Part shown: piece after piece, positions 7,598 through 17,243 of the stretch
Numbering within the stretch: position 1 is the stretch's first letter
Layout of the letters: every line of letters begins with the position of its first letter
NCBI GenBank assembly: GCA_949289305.1
Contig: CASENB010000008.1
Span: 87,307-151,306 of the forward strand
DNA from: an uncultured Spirochaetales bacterium
GTDB taxonomy: Bacteria; Spirochaetota; Spirochaetia; Sphaerochaetales; Sphaerochaetaceae
Reading direction: 5' to 3'
DNA length: 64,000 nucleotides
Position numbers and translations under genes: made by a program
Notes under the pieces: generated by a model
Seen by the model: the letters and a program-made list of their open reading frames with translations, nothing else
The model's database searches: none
Told to the model about the DNA's origin: nothing

Positions 7598-8752
7598 CTA
7601 TATTAAATTCTCGTTAATATAATCAAAATCGAAATCTAGTCCGAGTCCAGGACCGTCTGGGATCTTTACAAAGCCATCGCTGTCCATCGGATCATAAATC
7701 TTCTTAAACCACGGCTTCGGCTTCTCATAATCAAGGAGAGGATGCAAAAGCCCTCTTTCAAAGTATTTTCCATCTATGCCCATAGCGCCAAGACAGTGAA
7801 GGTTTCCAATCGTATTTCCGTGCAGTTCAATACTCATGCCGAAAGATTCGTAGAGATGGATGCTCTTCATAACGCTCGTAATTCCGCCTGTGACTTCAGT
7901 TCCTGCTCGTCCGATATCAACAGCATCAGCCTTAATCCATTCAGCCCTTGCCCTGTTTTTCCCCTCTAACGTCTCTGGGCCGCAAATAGGGAGTTTCGTA
8001 TTTTCGCTAAGCCATTTATAAGACGACATTGAATGCTCGTCCATCGGCTCCTCAAGCCATAAAAAGTCAAGTTCCTTTAATGCGTCTGCAATATAAAGCG
8101 CCTGCTCTCTCGTATAGTCATGATAAGGATCAAGCATAAGTTCGATATCCGGTCCGACGGCATCTCTTACAGCCTGACATGCCTTAACGTCTAACTTCGG
8201 ATCTGGATTAGGAATGATTGGAGGCATCCATGTATGAAGCTTTACAGCCTTATAGCCTTTCTTCACAAGTTTCTTTGCAAATTCTGCATAGGCTTCAGGA
8301 CTGTCAAGACCGCCTTTGATATCATCACCTACCATAATTGACGCATATGCAGGCACTTTCTCCCTGTATCCTCCAAGAAGCTTATAGACAGGAACTCCGC
8401 ATTTCTTACCGCATATATCCCAAAGCGCCAAGTCAATTGCACATAGCGTTCTGTCGGAAAAGAGGGAATGAAGGCGCTGCCACGTCCTCATCCTCTGCCA
8501 GATGCGCTCATGCATAAAGGGATCTTCTCCGATTAGTGCAGGGCATATTATACTCTGCAGTATATCGACATTCATATTCCCGTCTACGGCATATCCAACA
8601 GTTCCATCGTCGCAAGTAAGGGCTAAAAATCCAACCGTCGCATCATGAGGAGCACCAGGATGGCTATGGCCCTCTTTATCTCTTACCATTACGGACTTGT
8701 ATCTTATTCTTTTTGCTTCTGCTTTTACGATTTTCATATTCTCTCTTCCCAA
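7598..8752 (-). CDS. Enolase-superfamily enzyme (mandelate racemase/muconate lactonizing family, probable acid-sugar dehydratase)
   Basis: 384 aa. Barrel-domain metal-ligand pattern (LMLDPYH, WLEEP, ICGPE) and a catalytic His region (ELHG). Confidence 0.7.
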   Translation of the reverse strand: MGRENMKIVKAEAKRIRYKSVMVRDKEGHSHPGAPHDATVGFLALTCDDGTVGYAVDGNMNVDILQSIICPALIGEDPFMHERIWQRMRTWQRLHSLFSDRTLCAIDLALWDICGKKCGVPVYKLLGGYREKVPAYASIMVGDDIKGGLDSPEAYAEFAKKLVKKGYKAVKLHTWMPPIIPNPDPKLDVKACQAVRDAVGPDIELMLDPYHDYTREQALYIADALKELDFLWLEEPMDEHSMSSYKWLSENTKLPICGPETLEGKNRARAEWIKADAVDIGRAGTEVTGGITSVMKSIHLYESFGMSIELHGNTIGNLHCLGAMGIDGKYFERGLLHPLLDYEKPKPWFKKIYDPMDSDGFVKIPDGPGLGLDFDFDYINENLI

Positions 8753-8828
8753 ATCCTCTTATATGATAGATACGTTTTAAATAACAATTCAAAACATTTT
8801 TTGAACAATTCAGACAATATATGAAATA

Positions 8829-10235
8829 TTATTTCAAAATTTTGTTAACGCTCTGACTAAGATCTTCTGCAACTTGCGCATTCATTTTTCCTTTCAGCTC
8901 TCTTAGATACGTAATGAAGAAATAGAGGCTGACTGCAAAAGTCAGAACATCAGCAAGGCTCTGTGCGATCTGAACTCCAAGCAATCCGATAAAATTAGGA
9001 AGGATCAATACAATCGGAATAAAGAAGAATCCTTGACGGCACATTGCAAGAAGCGTTGCGCGACCTGCCTGCCCTGTAGACTGAAGCGCCATATTAGTAA
9101 CTGTCGTTATTCCGGTTAGCGTCAAGGCAATGCATTGAGCCCTTAATGTTAAAATCCCGATGTTAATCACGTCTAGGTCGTCTTTTCTGAACACCATTAT
9201 CAGCGGCCTAGCGAAAACAAAACAGATAGCAGCAACTATAATCATTAAAAGAGTGCTTATAGAACTTGTAAATTTAGTAGCTTCCCTTACCCTGTCATAA
9301 CGTTTTGCACCATAGTTAAAGGATGCGACAGGCTGAAATCCCTGTCCAAGACCAAGCATTATGGAGAATAGGAAGAATGTGATTCTGTTTGCAATGCTCA
9401 TTGCGGCTATAGCGGCATCTCCATATCCAGAAGCCATTACGTTTAATGCAATGCTTGACAGGCTAGCAAGCCCCTGCCTCATAAGCGTTGGAAGTCCTGT
9501 AACTATTATGTTTCTGTAATAAACAGGTTTGAATGAGATGTATTTTATAGAAAGCTTCAAGTTGCTCTTTCCGCTTAAAAAGAATGCAAGAAGTATTAAG
9601 AACGATATGAACTGGGACAGGGCCGTAGCAATTGCCGCCCCTGCCGTACCAAGGCCAAAAACGAATATGAATATCGGATCCAGAATAATATTTAAAACAC
9701 CACCAATCGTTATGCCTATCATGCCGAAGAAAGCCTTTCCTTCCGCTCTGAAATAATTGTTCATAATAAATGAAAGGCACATTACAGGGGAAGCAAGAAG
9801 TATGTATGCCGCATAATCCCTTGCATAAGGAAGGATAGTCTCTGTTGCACCTAATAGGCGCATAAAATCATCAAGGAAAATCGTTCCAAAGACAGCAAGG
9901 AGAAGAGAAAGAACAAGACCTAAAAAGAAACCCGTAGATGCATACCTGCTTGCCTCTTCATCCTCCTTTGCCCCAAGTCTACGGGATGCGACGTTTCCAG
10001 CCCCCATTCCGATTGTAAATCCAATTGCCTGAATTACGGCCATTATCGAAAATACGATACCGACTGCTCCTGCCGCACTCGTTCCAATTTGAGAGACAAA
10101 GAAAGTATCGGCCATATTGTAAATGCTCGATACCAGCATTGATATAATAGTAGGGATTGCAAGTTTTATCACAAGACGCCTGACAGGAGTCCTTGTCATC
10201 ATATTAAAATGCTCTTCTCTAATGCTGTCTTCCAT
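8829..10235 (-). CDS. MATE-family efflux transporter
   Basis: 468 aa, about 12 TM helices. N-terminal pattern IPTIISMLVSSIYNMADTFFVSQIGTSAAGAVG is typical of MATE/NorM. Confidence 0.8.
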   Translation of the reverse strand: MEDSIREEHFNMMTRTPVRRLVIKLAIPTIISMLVSSIYNMADTFFVSQIGTSAAGAVGIVFSIMAVIQAIGFTIGMGAGNVASRRLGAKEDEEASRYASTGFFLGLVLSLLLAVFGTIFLDDFMRLLGATETILPYARDYAAYILLASPVMCLSFIMNNYFRAEGKAFFGMIGITIGGVLNIILDPIFIFVFGLGTAGAAIATALSQFISFLILLAFFLSGKSNLKLSIKYISFKPVYYRNIIVTGLPTLMRQGLASLSSIALNVMASGYGDAAIAAMSIANRITFFLFSIMLGLGQGFQPVASFNYGAKRYDRVREATKFTSSISTLLMIIVAAICFVFARPLIMVFRKDDLDVINIGILTLRAQCIALTLTGITTVTNMALQSTGQAGRATLLAMCRQGFFFIPIVLILPNFIGLLGVQIAQSLADVLTFAVSLYFFITYLRELKGKMNAQVAEDLSQSVNKILK

Positions 10236-10273
10236 AATTTTATCCGTCCTTCATATTAAAAAGAAAAAGAAGA

Positions 10274-12196
10274 TCATTCAAAGAGCTTTTTAATCTCTTC
10301 TTTATAAATTTCGTTTATGTCCTTTCTCTTTATCTCTTGTTTCAAAGAAAGCTCTTTTCCAACTTCAAAGCTCTTTGTGAGGATCTTAAAACGGCTGATC
10401 TGTTCAAACGGCTTAAAACCTCTCTTTGTAGATACATAGTTCTGTATCTCAGAGTTAATAAGGGATCTGACTTCGTCATTGTTCTCCAAACTCTCTCTGT
10501 TAACATATGGGATGTTCATATCTTTCATGTAAGTCTCGACATTCTTAACGTCTATTACGACCAATGCGGCAAGGAACTTCTTATCCTGTCCAACGACTAC
10601 GGCCGTTTCTATGTACTCGCTCTCCCCCATCGCCTTTTCAAGCGGTACTGGCTCAATGTTCTCCCCTCCTGAGAGTACGATAGTATCCTTCTCCCTTCCT
10701 CTGATCGTAAAGCGTCCGCTATACGTCATTACGGCAAGATCTCCTGTATTAATAAAACCATCTTCTGTAATTATCTGTTTTGTAAGCTCCGGGTTCTTAT
10801 AGTAGCCTTTCATTATCTGAGGACCTTTAAAATAGAGCACGCCTTTAACGCCGGGAGGAAGAATTTCACCATTTTCTCCGACGATCTTTATCTCCGAGCC
10901 CTTTAGAAGATCAAGACAGCCTTTCACCTTATGAACAACGCACTGAGCTGCAATCATAGGCGATGTCTCTGTAAGCCCGTAGCCGTCTATAATCTGAATT
11001 CCAATAGCATTGAAAAACTCCTCCACATCCCGACTCATTGTACCGCCGCCGGAAATTCCCAAAGAGAAATTAGGTCCGAGTTTCGATGTTACCTGAGAAA
11101 ACGCCGCTTTCTTTCCAAGGGCATTGACAGGTCTTAAAAAGATGTATGGAATAATCCCCTTCATCCAGTCCAAAACCCTGTTTCTTTTCTCATAATCAGG
11201 AGCTCTGTTCTCAACTAAGGCGGCAGAGCTGTTCCAGATCTTTCCAACTTTTAAAAAGAAATTGAACATGTTTCTTTCTAACGGCGTCTTATTCTTAAGA
11301 GTCTGATAAACTCCTGCCTTTACAGTTTCCCAGATTCGTGGAACAGAACACATGAAATGAGGCTTTACAGTCGCCATATCTACCAGCATGATTTTACCGA
11401 TAGGCTTTGAATATGCGATTATGTTCTCATATCTTAGAACTAGGTAGTTGATCATGCGTTCAAACGCATGCCAGATGGGAAGGACCGCAAGCCATATCAT
11501 CTGAGGCTTTATGTGAGGATAATACTGAATCATGCCATCAAGCTGGAAAAGTATGCCGCTATGGCTTATCATAACGCCTTTCGGCTTTCCGGTCGTACCG
11601 GATGTAAAAATAATGGTCGCAATATCATCCCCTTTACCTTTTTTTATCTCATCTGCAATATCTTCATAGACAGATCCGTCTTTTATTCTTTCCAATCCCT
11701 CTTTTAAAAGATCTTCATAAAATAAGAACTTTACTTCACTGTCGCTTTCATATTCGCTTTTGTCTTCGATTCCCCTTTCATCAATTATAATAATTGTCTC
11801 AAGAAGAGGAAGATTTCCCTTTAGAGCCCTTATTCGCCTTGCCATATCCTTATTCTCAGCAAATGCGATTTTGGCCTCGGTCTCTTTAATTATGTATTCA
11901 ATCTCGTAATCCATGGCGTCTCGTCCTCTTGGAGCATCGGCTGCTCCTAGTGAGAGAATCGCCATATCTACAACGAGCCACTCTGACCTGTTATCGCTAA
12001 TAAGGGCTAAAACATCATCTCTTTTTACACCGAGATTCTTTAGCGAGGCGGCAAATGCCCTTATCTTATCTTGAAGTTCCTTATAAGTAATCTCTTTGAA
12101 TTTCGAGCCGCCCTCTCGACTCAGCTGAGCGATATACTCAGGATGAGAACTTACCTTCTCATCGAACATTTGCACTAAAGTTTCATACATAATCAA
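10274..12196 (-). CDS. Long-chain fatty acid-CoA ligase (AMP-forming acyl-CoA synthetase)
   Basis: 640 aa. AMP-binding signature IIFTSGTTGKPKGVMISH, plus GYGLTET and TGDL motifs. Confidence 0.85.
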   Translation of the reverse strand: MIMYETLVQMFDEKVSSHPEYIAQLSREGGSKFKEITYKELQDKIRAFAASLKNLGVKRDDVLALISDNRSEWLVVDMAILSLGAADAPRGRDAMDYEIEYIIKETEAKIAFAENKDMARRIRALKGNLPLLETIIIIDERGIEDKSEYESDSEVKFLFYEDLLKEGLERIKDGSVYEDIADEIKKGKGDDIATIIFTSGTTGKPKGVMISHSGILFQLDGMIQYYPHIKPQMIWLAVLPIWHAFERMINYLVLRYENIIAYSKPIGKIMLVDMATVKPHFMCSVPRIWETVKAGVYQTLKNKTPLERNMFNFFLKVGKIWNSSAALVENRAPDYEKRNRVLDWMKGIIPYIFLRPVNALGKKAAFSQVTSKLGPNFSLGISGGGTMSRDVEEFFNAIGIQIIDGYGLTETSPMIAAQCVVHKVKGCLDLLKGSEIKIVGENGEILPPGVKGVLYFKGPQIMKGYYKNPELTKQIITEDGFINTGDLAVMTYSGRFTIRGREKDTIVLSGGENIEPVPLEKAMGESEYIETAVVVGQDKKFLAALVVIDVKNVETYMKDMNIPYVNRESLENNDEVRSLINSEIQNYVSTKRGFKPFEQISRFKILTKSFEVGKELSLKQEIKRKDINEIYKEEIKKLFE

Positions 12197-12724
12197 TCAC
12201 CACGCAATATCGTCAATTTTTCTATAGGCCCTTCTTACTGCAAGAGAAAGAGGAAGGCCGATGATTACTCCAACGATTGCCTGGACTAAGTTTGCCGGAA
12301 CCTCTGCAAGGGAAGCTGAGAACCCAATCAGAAATGCCCCTGTAAGTAAGAAATACCCTCCCGCAACGATTATAGCCGCGATAATTGCTGAAATAATCTT
12401 ATAAATAAAACTAGCAGGGTTTTTTCTAACTATCAAGGCTATTGCCAACGCTTCAAAGCCATGTGTAATAAAAGAAATCGGAGCCCACTGCCCATATCCT
12501 CCTATCAAATCGGCAATTGCAGTGCCAAGCCCTGATGCAATAAAGCCTGTAAAGGGTCCAAATGAATACGCTACGAAAGTGACTGCGGCATCGCAAAGGC
12601 TTACATATCCTCCAATAGGAGTAGGAATTCTAAGTGCGATTGTAAAAACCGCAACGATTGCAGTTGTTACAGCAATAAGACTTATTCTTAAAGCGGTAGA
12701 TGTCTTTTTCTCTTTTTCTGCCAT
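12197..12724 (-). CDS. ECF transporter S (substrate-capture) component, specificity unknown
   Basis: 175 aa, about 6 TM helices, Gly-rich helices (GLGTAIADLIGGYG). Lies directly downstream of the EcfT and EcfA-A genes. Confidence 0.6.
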   Translation of the reverse strand: MAEKEKKTSTALRISLIAVTTAIVAVFTIALRIPTPIGGYVSLCDAAVTFVAYSFGPFTGFIASGLGTAIADLIGGYGQWAPISFITHGFEALAIALIVRKNPASFIYKIISAIIAAIIVAGGYFLLTGAFLIGFSASLAEVPANLVQAIVGVIIGLPLSLAVRRAYRKIDDIAW

Positions 12725-12726
12725 TT

Positions 12727-13482
12727 TTATCTCCCGATAATAAAGATTATCGGGATTATGACACTAAGCACTATTTCTGTAAATATCTTAGCGTCCATAG
12801 AAAGCACTCTATACCTTGTTTTTATTTTTCCATCAAAGCCTCTCTCCTCTAAAGATGAAGCAGTTTCAGGTATCATTTTAATCGCGCTGACTATCAATGA
12901 AGTCAGAATCGCAATAAGTCCGTCTCTTTTGGATTCATTATTCTCTCTTAAAGCAATTGCATCCTTAATCTCTGAATACCTTGATGCTAAACGGGGAATG
13001 AAAGACAGCGTCATTGAGAACGTCAAGCTGAAACTGTATGGAAGATGGAAATACAAAAGGGCGGAGATTATACTCTCAAGCCTTTCTGTCTCTAAAAGAA
13101 GTGAAAACAAAAAAGAGATTGAAACGAACTTGAAAAGCGTCAACAGAGTATTATAAAGCCCCCCATAGGAAAGCACCATGAAACTGTTAATGCTTAAGAG
13201 CGCATCTCCGCTTCTATTTTGCAAAGGCGCAAAAATAAGAATGAAAAATACTATAAGCCTAATGCGTTTGAAATTATTAAAGCTCTCTCTCTTTCCAACA
13301 GAGAAAAAAGATAGGATCATGAGAAAAAAAGCCAGTAACGACACTTTCAAAAGAGAGTAAGTAATAATTGATGCAAGAGAAAGAAGAAGAGTGAATACTA
13401 GCTTCGCCCTTACATCAATATTATGATAAAAGCTTTCTCTATAAATATACGTGCTATAGCTCATGGAGAGTCCCCTTATCAA
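12727..13482 (-). CDS. ecfT: Energy-coupling factor transporter transmembrane (T) component
   Basis: 251 aa polytopic protein with an Arg-containing coupling-helix region (ALRENNESKRDG...SLEERGFD). Sits between the ATPase and S-component genes. Confidence 0.65.
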   Translation of the reverse strand: MIRGLSMSYSTYIYRESFYHNIDVRAKLVFTLLLSLASIITYSLLKVSLLAFFLMILSFFSVGKRESFNNFKRIRLIVFFILIFAPLQNRSGDALLSINSFMVLSYGGLYNTLLTLFKFVSISFLFSLLLETERLESIISALLYFHLPYSFSLTFSMTLSFIPRLASRYSEIKDAIALRENNESKRDGLIAILTSLIVSAIKMIPETASSLEERGFDGKIKTRYRVLSMDAKIFTEIVLSVIIPIIFIIGR

Positions 13483-14782
13483 GAGAATAACGAATACCGT
13501 TAAAAGCAGAGATTATTCTCTCATCATGGCTTATCAAGAGTATGCCCACATTCTTTTTCAAATAAAGCGAGAGCACTCTCATCATATCGTTATAGCTTAT
13601 TGCGCTGTCAAGTTCGTCAAATATCGTATAAGGCCTCTCTAAAAGATAGAAGATTGCAGCTTGAACCATCTTCGCCTTCCCAAAAGAGAGTTCCTGTATG
13701 TAGCCGTCTAGCGGAATTGAAAACAGCTCTGAGGCCTCTTCTATCCTCTTCATATCTCCCGATACCGTCTTTAATTCATCTAAAACAGTTGGACAATAAA
13801 GCTGAATGAATGGATTTTGAAAGAGGTAAGAAACATTCTTTCTTCTATCTTTTGCTCCAATAGACTTTCCATCGATTCTAATCTCACCTTCGTCTTCTTT
13901 GTTAAGTCCCACTATGATTTTAGACAGCGTACTCTTTCCAGATCCATTCTCCCCTGTTAGAAGAGTTATCTCTCCTCTCTTTATTTTCATATCTCTGACA
14001 TCAAGATCGAATTCCTTCTTAATCTTTGAGGCCTTATGGATCTGGCTGAATTTAACGTTTTCAATGCTTAATGCATTATATGACGATTCTTTTTTTACAC
14101 AGAAGGAGAAAGATATGTCTTTTTTTTCATATGGAACGAGTTTTTTATCCTTTATCTCGTAAACGGCAGAATAAAACCCTTCGAACTCTTTTAAATAATG
14201 GGATGAAAGTGTTATCGAATACTCCTTCTTCCTTATTATTTCAAGCAGCCTCTTTCTCCAGTAAAGCGAAAGCTCGTCAAATGCTTCATCATATATGAAA
14301 AGTCTTGGATTTACAGCATCAAGAGTCGCAAGAGAAAGCCTTCTTTTTTCGCCTCCTGAAAGTTCTGATGTCTCTGCATCCTCATATTTCTCAAGATCAT
14401 AAAGGACTAATAAACGCTTAAGTTCTTCAACAAGGTCATCCCTCTTTAAATTTCTCTCTTCCAAAGCGAATGCAATTTCATCGGCGACTGTAGGCATTAT
14501 AATTGATTCATCCGTGCTCTGAGCCGAACGGGCTACGTAATTCTTTCTTTTATCCATGTCAATGGAAAAAAGATCGATATCGTCATATCTGAAATTGCCG
14601 CTTAGCCTTGCACCAAAGTATTTTGTCGCTGAACCGATCATAAGGCGCGCAAGGCTCGTCTTACCACAGGATGGGTCGGCTAGGATTAAAACAGGATTGT
14701 TTTTCTCTACATTCAAAGAAAGGGAAGAAAAAACATCTTCCCCTTCTTCATAACCGAAACATATATCTGTAAGTTCTATCAT
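13454..14782 (-). CDS. Fused double ABC ATPase (EcfA-EcfA'-like)
   Basis: 442 aa. Domain 1: Walker A variant ADPSCGKTS, signature LSGGEKRR, Walker B LFIYDEAFD. Domain 2: Walker A GENGSGKST, degenerate signature LSFGKAKM, Walker B TIFDELDS. Confidence 0.75.
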   Translation of the reverse strand: MIELTDICFGYEEGEDVFSSLSLNVEKNNPVLILADPSCGKTSLARLMIGSATKYFGARLSGNFRYDDIDLFSIDMDKRKNYVARSAQSTDESIIMPTVADEIAFALEERNLKRDDLVEELKRLLVLYDLEKYEDAETSELSGGEKRRLSLATLDAVNPRLFIYDEAFDELSLYWRKRLLEIIRKKEYSITLSSHYLKEFEGFYSAVYEIKDKKLVPYEKKDISFSFCVKKESSYNALSIENVKFSQIHKASKIKKEFDLDVRDMKIKRGEITLLTGENGSGKSTLSKIIVGLNKEDEGEIRIDGKSIGAKDRRKNVSYLFQNPFIQLYCPTVLDELKTVSGDMKRIEEASELFSIPLDGYIQELSFGKAKMVQAAIFYLLERPYTIFDELDSAISYNDMMRVLSLYLKKNVGILLISHDERIISAFNGIRYSLDKGTLHEL

Positions 14783-15519
14783 CTCTTTTCGTCTGGAAGA
14801 ACTTTATACTCTTCTCTGATCATGTTCTCAACTTTTACAGAGAGATCTTTCAATTCCTCATCGCTCAGTTTCGATGTATCAATCGGAGAAAGTATGCTGA
14901 CAGTTACAGGGATGCGTCGGAATGTATGGGCGTTCTCAAGAAGAGATCTGGTGTTCTTTATCGCAACTGGAACGATTATGGCTTTCGCTTTCGTAGCCAT
15001 CTTCAAAGCACCTGCCTTAAACTCTGCAATCTCCCCTGTCTTACTCCTTGTTCCTTCAGGATATATTGCCATAGCAAGTCCTGAGTTAAGATTATCAACA
15101 CCTTTCAATATCGCCTTAAGGGATTGCCTTATATCCTTTCTGTCGATATAGACGCAACCAAGCTCTTTCATAAGGATATTAAGCCCCGGAACCTTTCTAA
15201 GCTCCTTCTTCGCAATGATTCCTCCCCACAGCCCTGATCCAAACAAAGCAGGAATATCCATCATCGACTGATGGTTGGCAACATAACAGATCTTGCTTCC
15301 TTTAGCAGGAAGATTCTCACGCCCCTTTACGCGGAATTTCGCACCAAAAGATACCCAGATCCACCATACCGTAATGGAAAGCCAGAAATAGAGCCATGCC
15401 CGCCCTGCTTTTTTAAGTCTTAAAAGATAAAACACCTCACATAGCATCGCAAGAAGCGCTGTTGGAACAAATATAGGGATACAAATTATCAACGAAACTA
15501 TTATCTTAAGCTTTTTCAC
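14779..15519 (-). CDS. plsC: 1-acyl-sn-glycerol-3-phosphate acyltransferase
   Basis: 246 aa. HX4D motif NHQSMMD and the YPEGTRS motif. GTG start overlaps the upstream stop (GTGA). Confidence 0.85.
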   Translation of the reverse strand: MKKLKIIVSLIICIPIFVPTALLAMLCEVFYLLRLKKAGRAWLYFWLSITVWWIWVSFGAKFRVKGRENLPAKGSKICYVANHQSMMDIPALFGSGLWGGIIAKKELRKVPGLNILMKELGCVYIDRKDIRQSLKAILKGVDNLNSGLAMAIYPEGTRSKTGEIAEFKAGALKMATKAKAIIVPVAIKNTRSLLENAHTFRRIPVTVSILSPIDTSKLSDEELKDLSVKVENMIREEYKVLPDEKR

Positions 15520-17243
15520 GCTTCCACTCCTTTGCTATAAAGACGGCTGTAAATCCCGCCTTTTTTAATAAGGCTATGATGATCGCCCTCTTCTACAAGC
15601 CTTCCTTTGTCGATTACGAATATTATATCACTATCGATTACAGTTGATAAGCGATGAGCAATCGTAATGCTCGTCCTTCCGTTTCTAAGGCTCTTGAACG
15701 CTTCGTCAATCAGGGCCTCGCTCTCAGTATCTAAGCTGCTTGTAGCCTCGTCAAATACGATAATCGGAGGATCTTTTAAGAAACAACGAGCAATGGAGAG
15801 TCTCTGCTTCTGACCTCCTGAAAGTCTTGTTCCTCGCTCTCCTACTTCGGTATCTAATCCTTTAGGAAGAGAGAGAACGAAGTCAAGCAAGTTGGCCTTC
15901 TTAAGTGCAAGCAGAAGCTCCTCATCGCTTGCATCGCTCTTTCCATATCTTAAATTCTCACGAATTGATGCGTCGAATAAGAACACATCCTGACGTACAA
16001 ACCCGACTGCATCGTGAAGGCTTTTCTGAGTAACGTCCTTTATGTCTACCCCGTCAATAGTGATCCTTCCTCCATCGAGTTCATAGTAACGTGCAATAAG
16101 GCTTGCAATGGTACTTTTTCCAGCACCCGATTCACCTACGAATGCAACGTGCTTAGAGCCAGGAATCGTCATATTCAGGTTATCTATGGTCCTGCTATCT
16201 CCTTCTTTCTGATAAGAGAATGAGACGTTTTCAAATTTGATAGTACCCTCTTTTACCTCGATATCTTTTGCACCCTCTTTATCTTTAATCTCCGCCTCGC
16301 ACTCCATGACCTCTACAAAGCGCTCAAAAGATGCAACGCCCTGGCTGAACTGCTCTGTGAAATTAATAAGCCTATCAATCGGAGGAAGTACGACCGATAC
16401 GAACAAAACGAATGAAAGAAGATCTGCGACGCTTACATAGCCAAGGCTTATTAAAAGAGATCCTCCTGCAACCGTTATGAAGTAATACATCTCCCTCATA
16501 AAGCTTATTCCGCTTTGATAGCTCGCCATTGTCGCATAGTACTTTTCTCTTGTCTCTTTTAGTTTGGCGTTTGAAAAACCAAATTTCTTCTTTTGAAACT
16601 CCTCTTGGCTATATCCTTTTACTTCCCTTATTCCTTGAATTGAATTCTCAACGTCGACTGCGATATCTGCAACAGTCCTTCTTACAGCCCTGTTCTTACT
16701 CTTAAGCCTCTTATTAAAAATAATTCCATATACAAGCATAACAGGAAGAGGAATCAGCGTTATAAGCGCAAGAGGGGCTGAGAATGAGAACATTGCCACA
16801 TACGATGCTGCAATTGTTAAAATGGAGATTAAGAAATCTTCAGGACAGTGATGTGCGACCTCTGCAATATTGAAAAGGTCGTTCGTTATCCTGCTCATCA
16901 AAGAGCCGGTCTTAGTCTTATCAAAATATGAAAAAGACAGGCTCTGAAGATGCGAGAAGATATCACGGCGCATATCGTTCTCAATCCAGACGCCAAGAAT
17001 ATGTCCCCACTTAATCCTGATCCAGGTACAGAACATCTGAACAAGATAGATAACTAGCATCAATGCAAAAATCTTAAGCATTAATGTAATATTCTGGCTT
17101 GGAATCACATCGTTTAAAAGGAATCTAGTAAGGGATGGAAATGCAACAGATAAAAGCGATGCGATAGCCGCTGCAATCATATCAAGTGCAAAAAGGCCCT
17201 TATACGGCTTGTAATAGGATGCGAAAAGCTTTAATAATTTCAT
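15516..17243 (-). CDS. ABC exporter, fused permease/ATPase (MsbA/lipid-multidrug type)
   Basis: 575 aa. 6-TM N-terminal domain, Walker A GESGAGKST, signature LSGGQKQR, Walker B IVFDEATSSLD. Confidence 0.85.
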   Translation of the reverse strand: MKLLKLFASYYKPYKGLFALDMIAAAIASLLSVAFPSLTRFLLNDVIPSQNITLMLKIFALMLVIYLVQMFCTWIRIKWGHILGVWIENDMRRDIFSHLQSLSFSYFDKTKTGSLMSRITNDLFNIAEVAHHCPEDFLISILTIAASYVAMFSFSAPLALITLIPLPVMLVYGIIFNKRLKSKNRAVRRTVADIAVDVENSIQGIREVKGYSQEEFQKKKFGFSNAKLKETREKYYATMASYQSGISFMREMYYFITVAGGSLLISLGYVSVADLLSFVLFVSVVLPPIDRLINFTEQFSQGVASFERFVEVMECEAEIKDKEGAKDIEVKEGTIKFENVSFSYQKEGDSRTIDNLNMTIPGSKHVAFVGESGAGKSTIASLIARYYELDGGRITIDGVDIKDVTQKSLHDAVGFVRQDVFLFDASIRENLRYGKSDASDEELLLALKKANLLDFVLSLPKGLDTEVGERGTRLSGGQKQRLSIARCFLKDPPIIVFDEATSSLDTESEALIDEAFKSLRNGRTSITIAHRLSTVIDSDIIFVIDKGRLVEEGDHHSLIKKGGIYSRLYSKGVEA

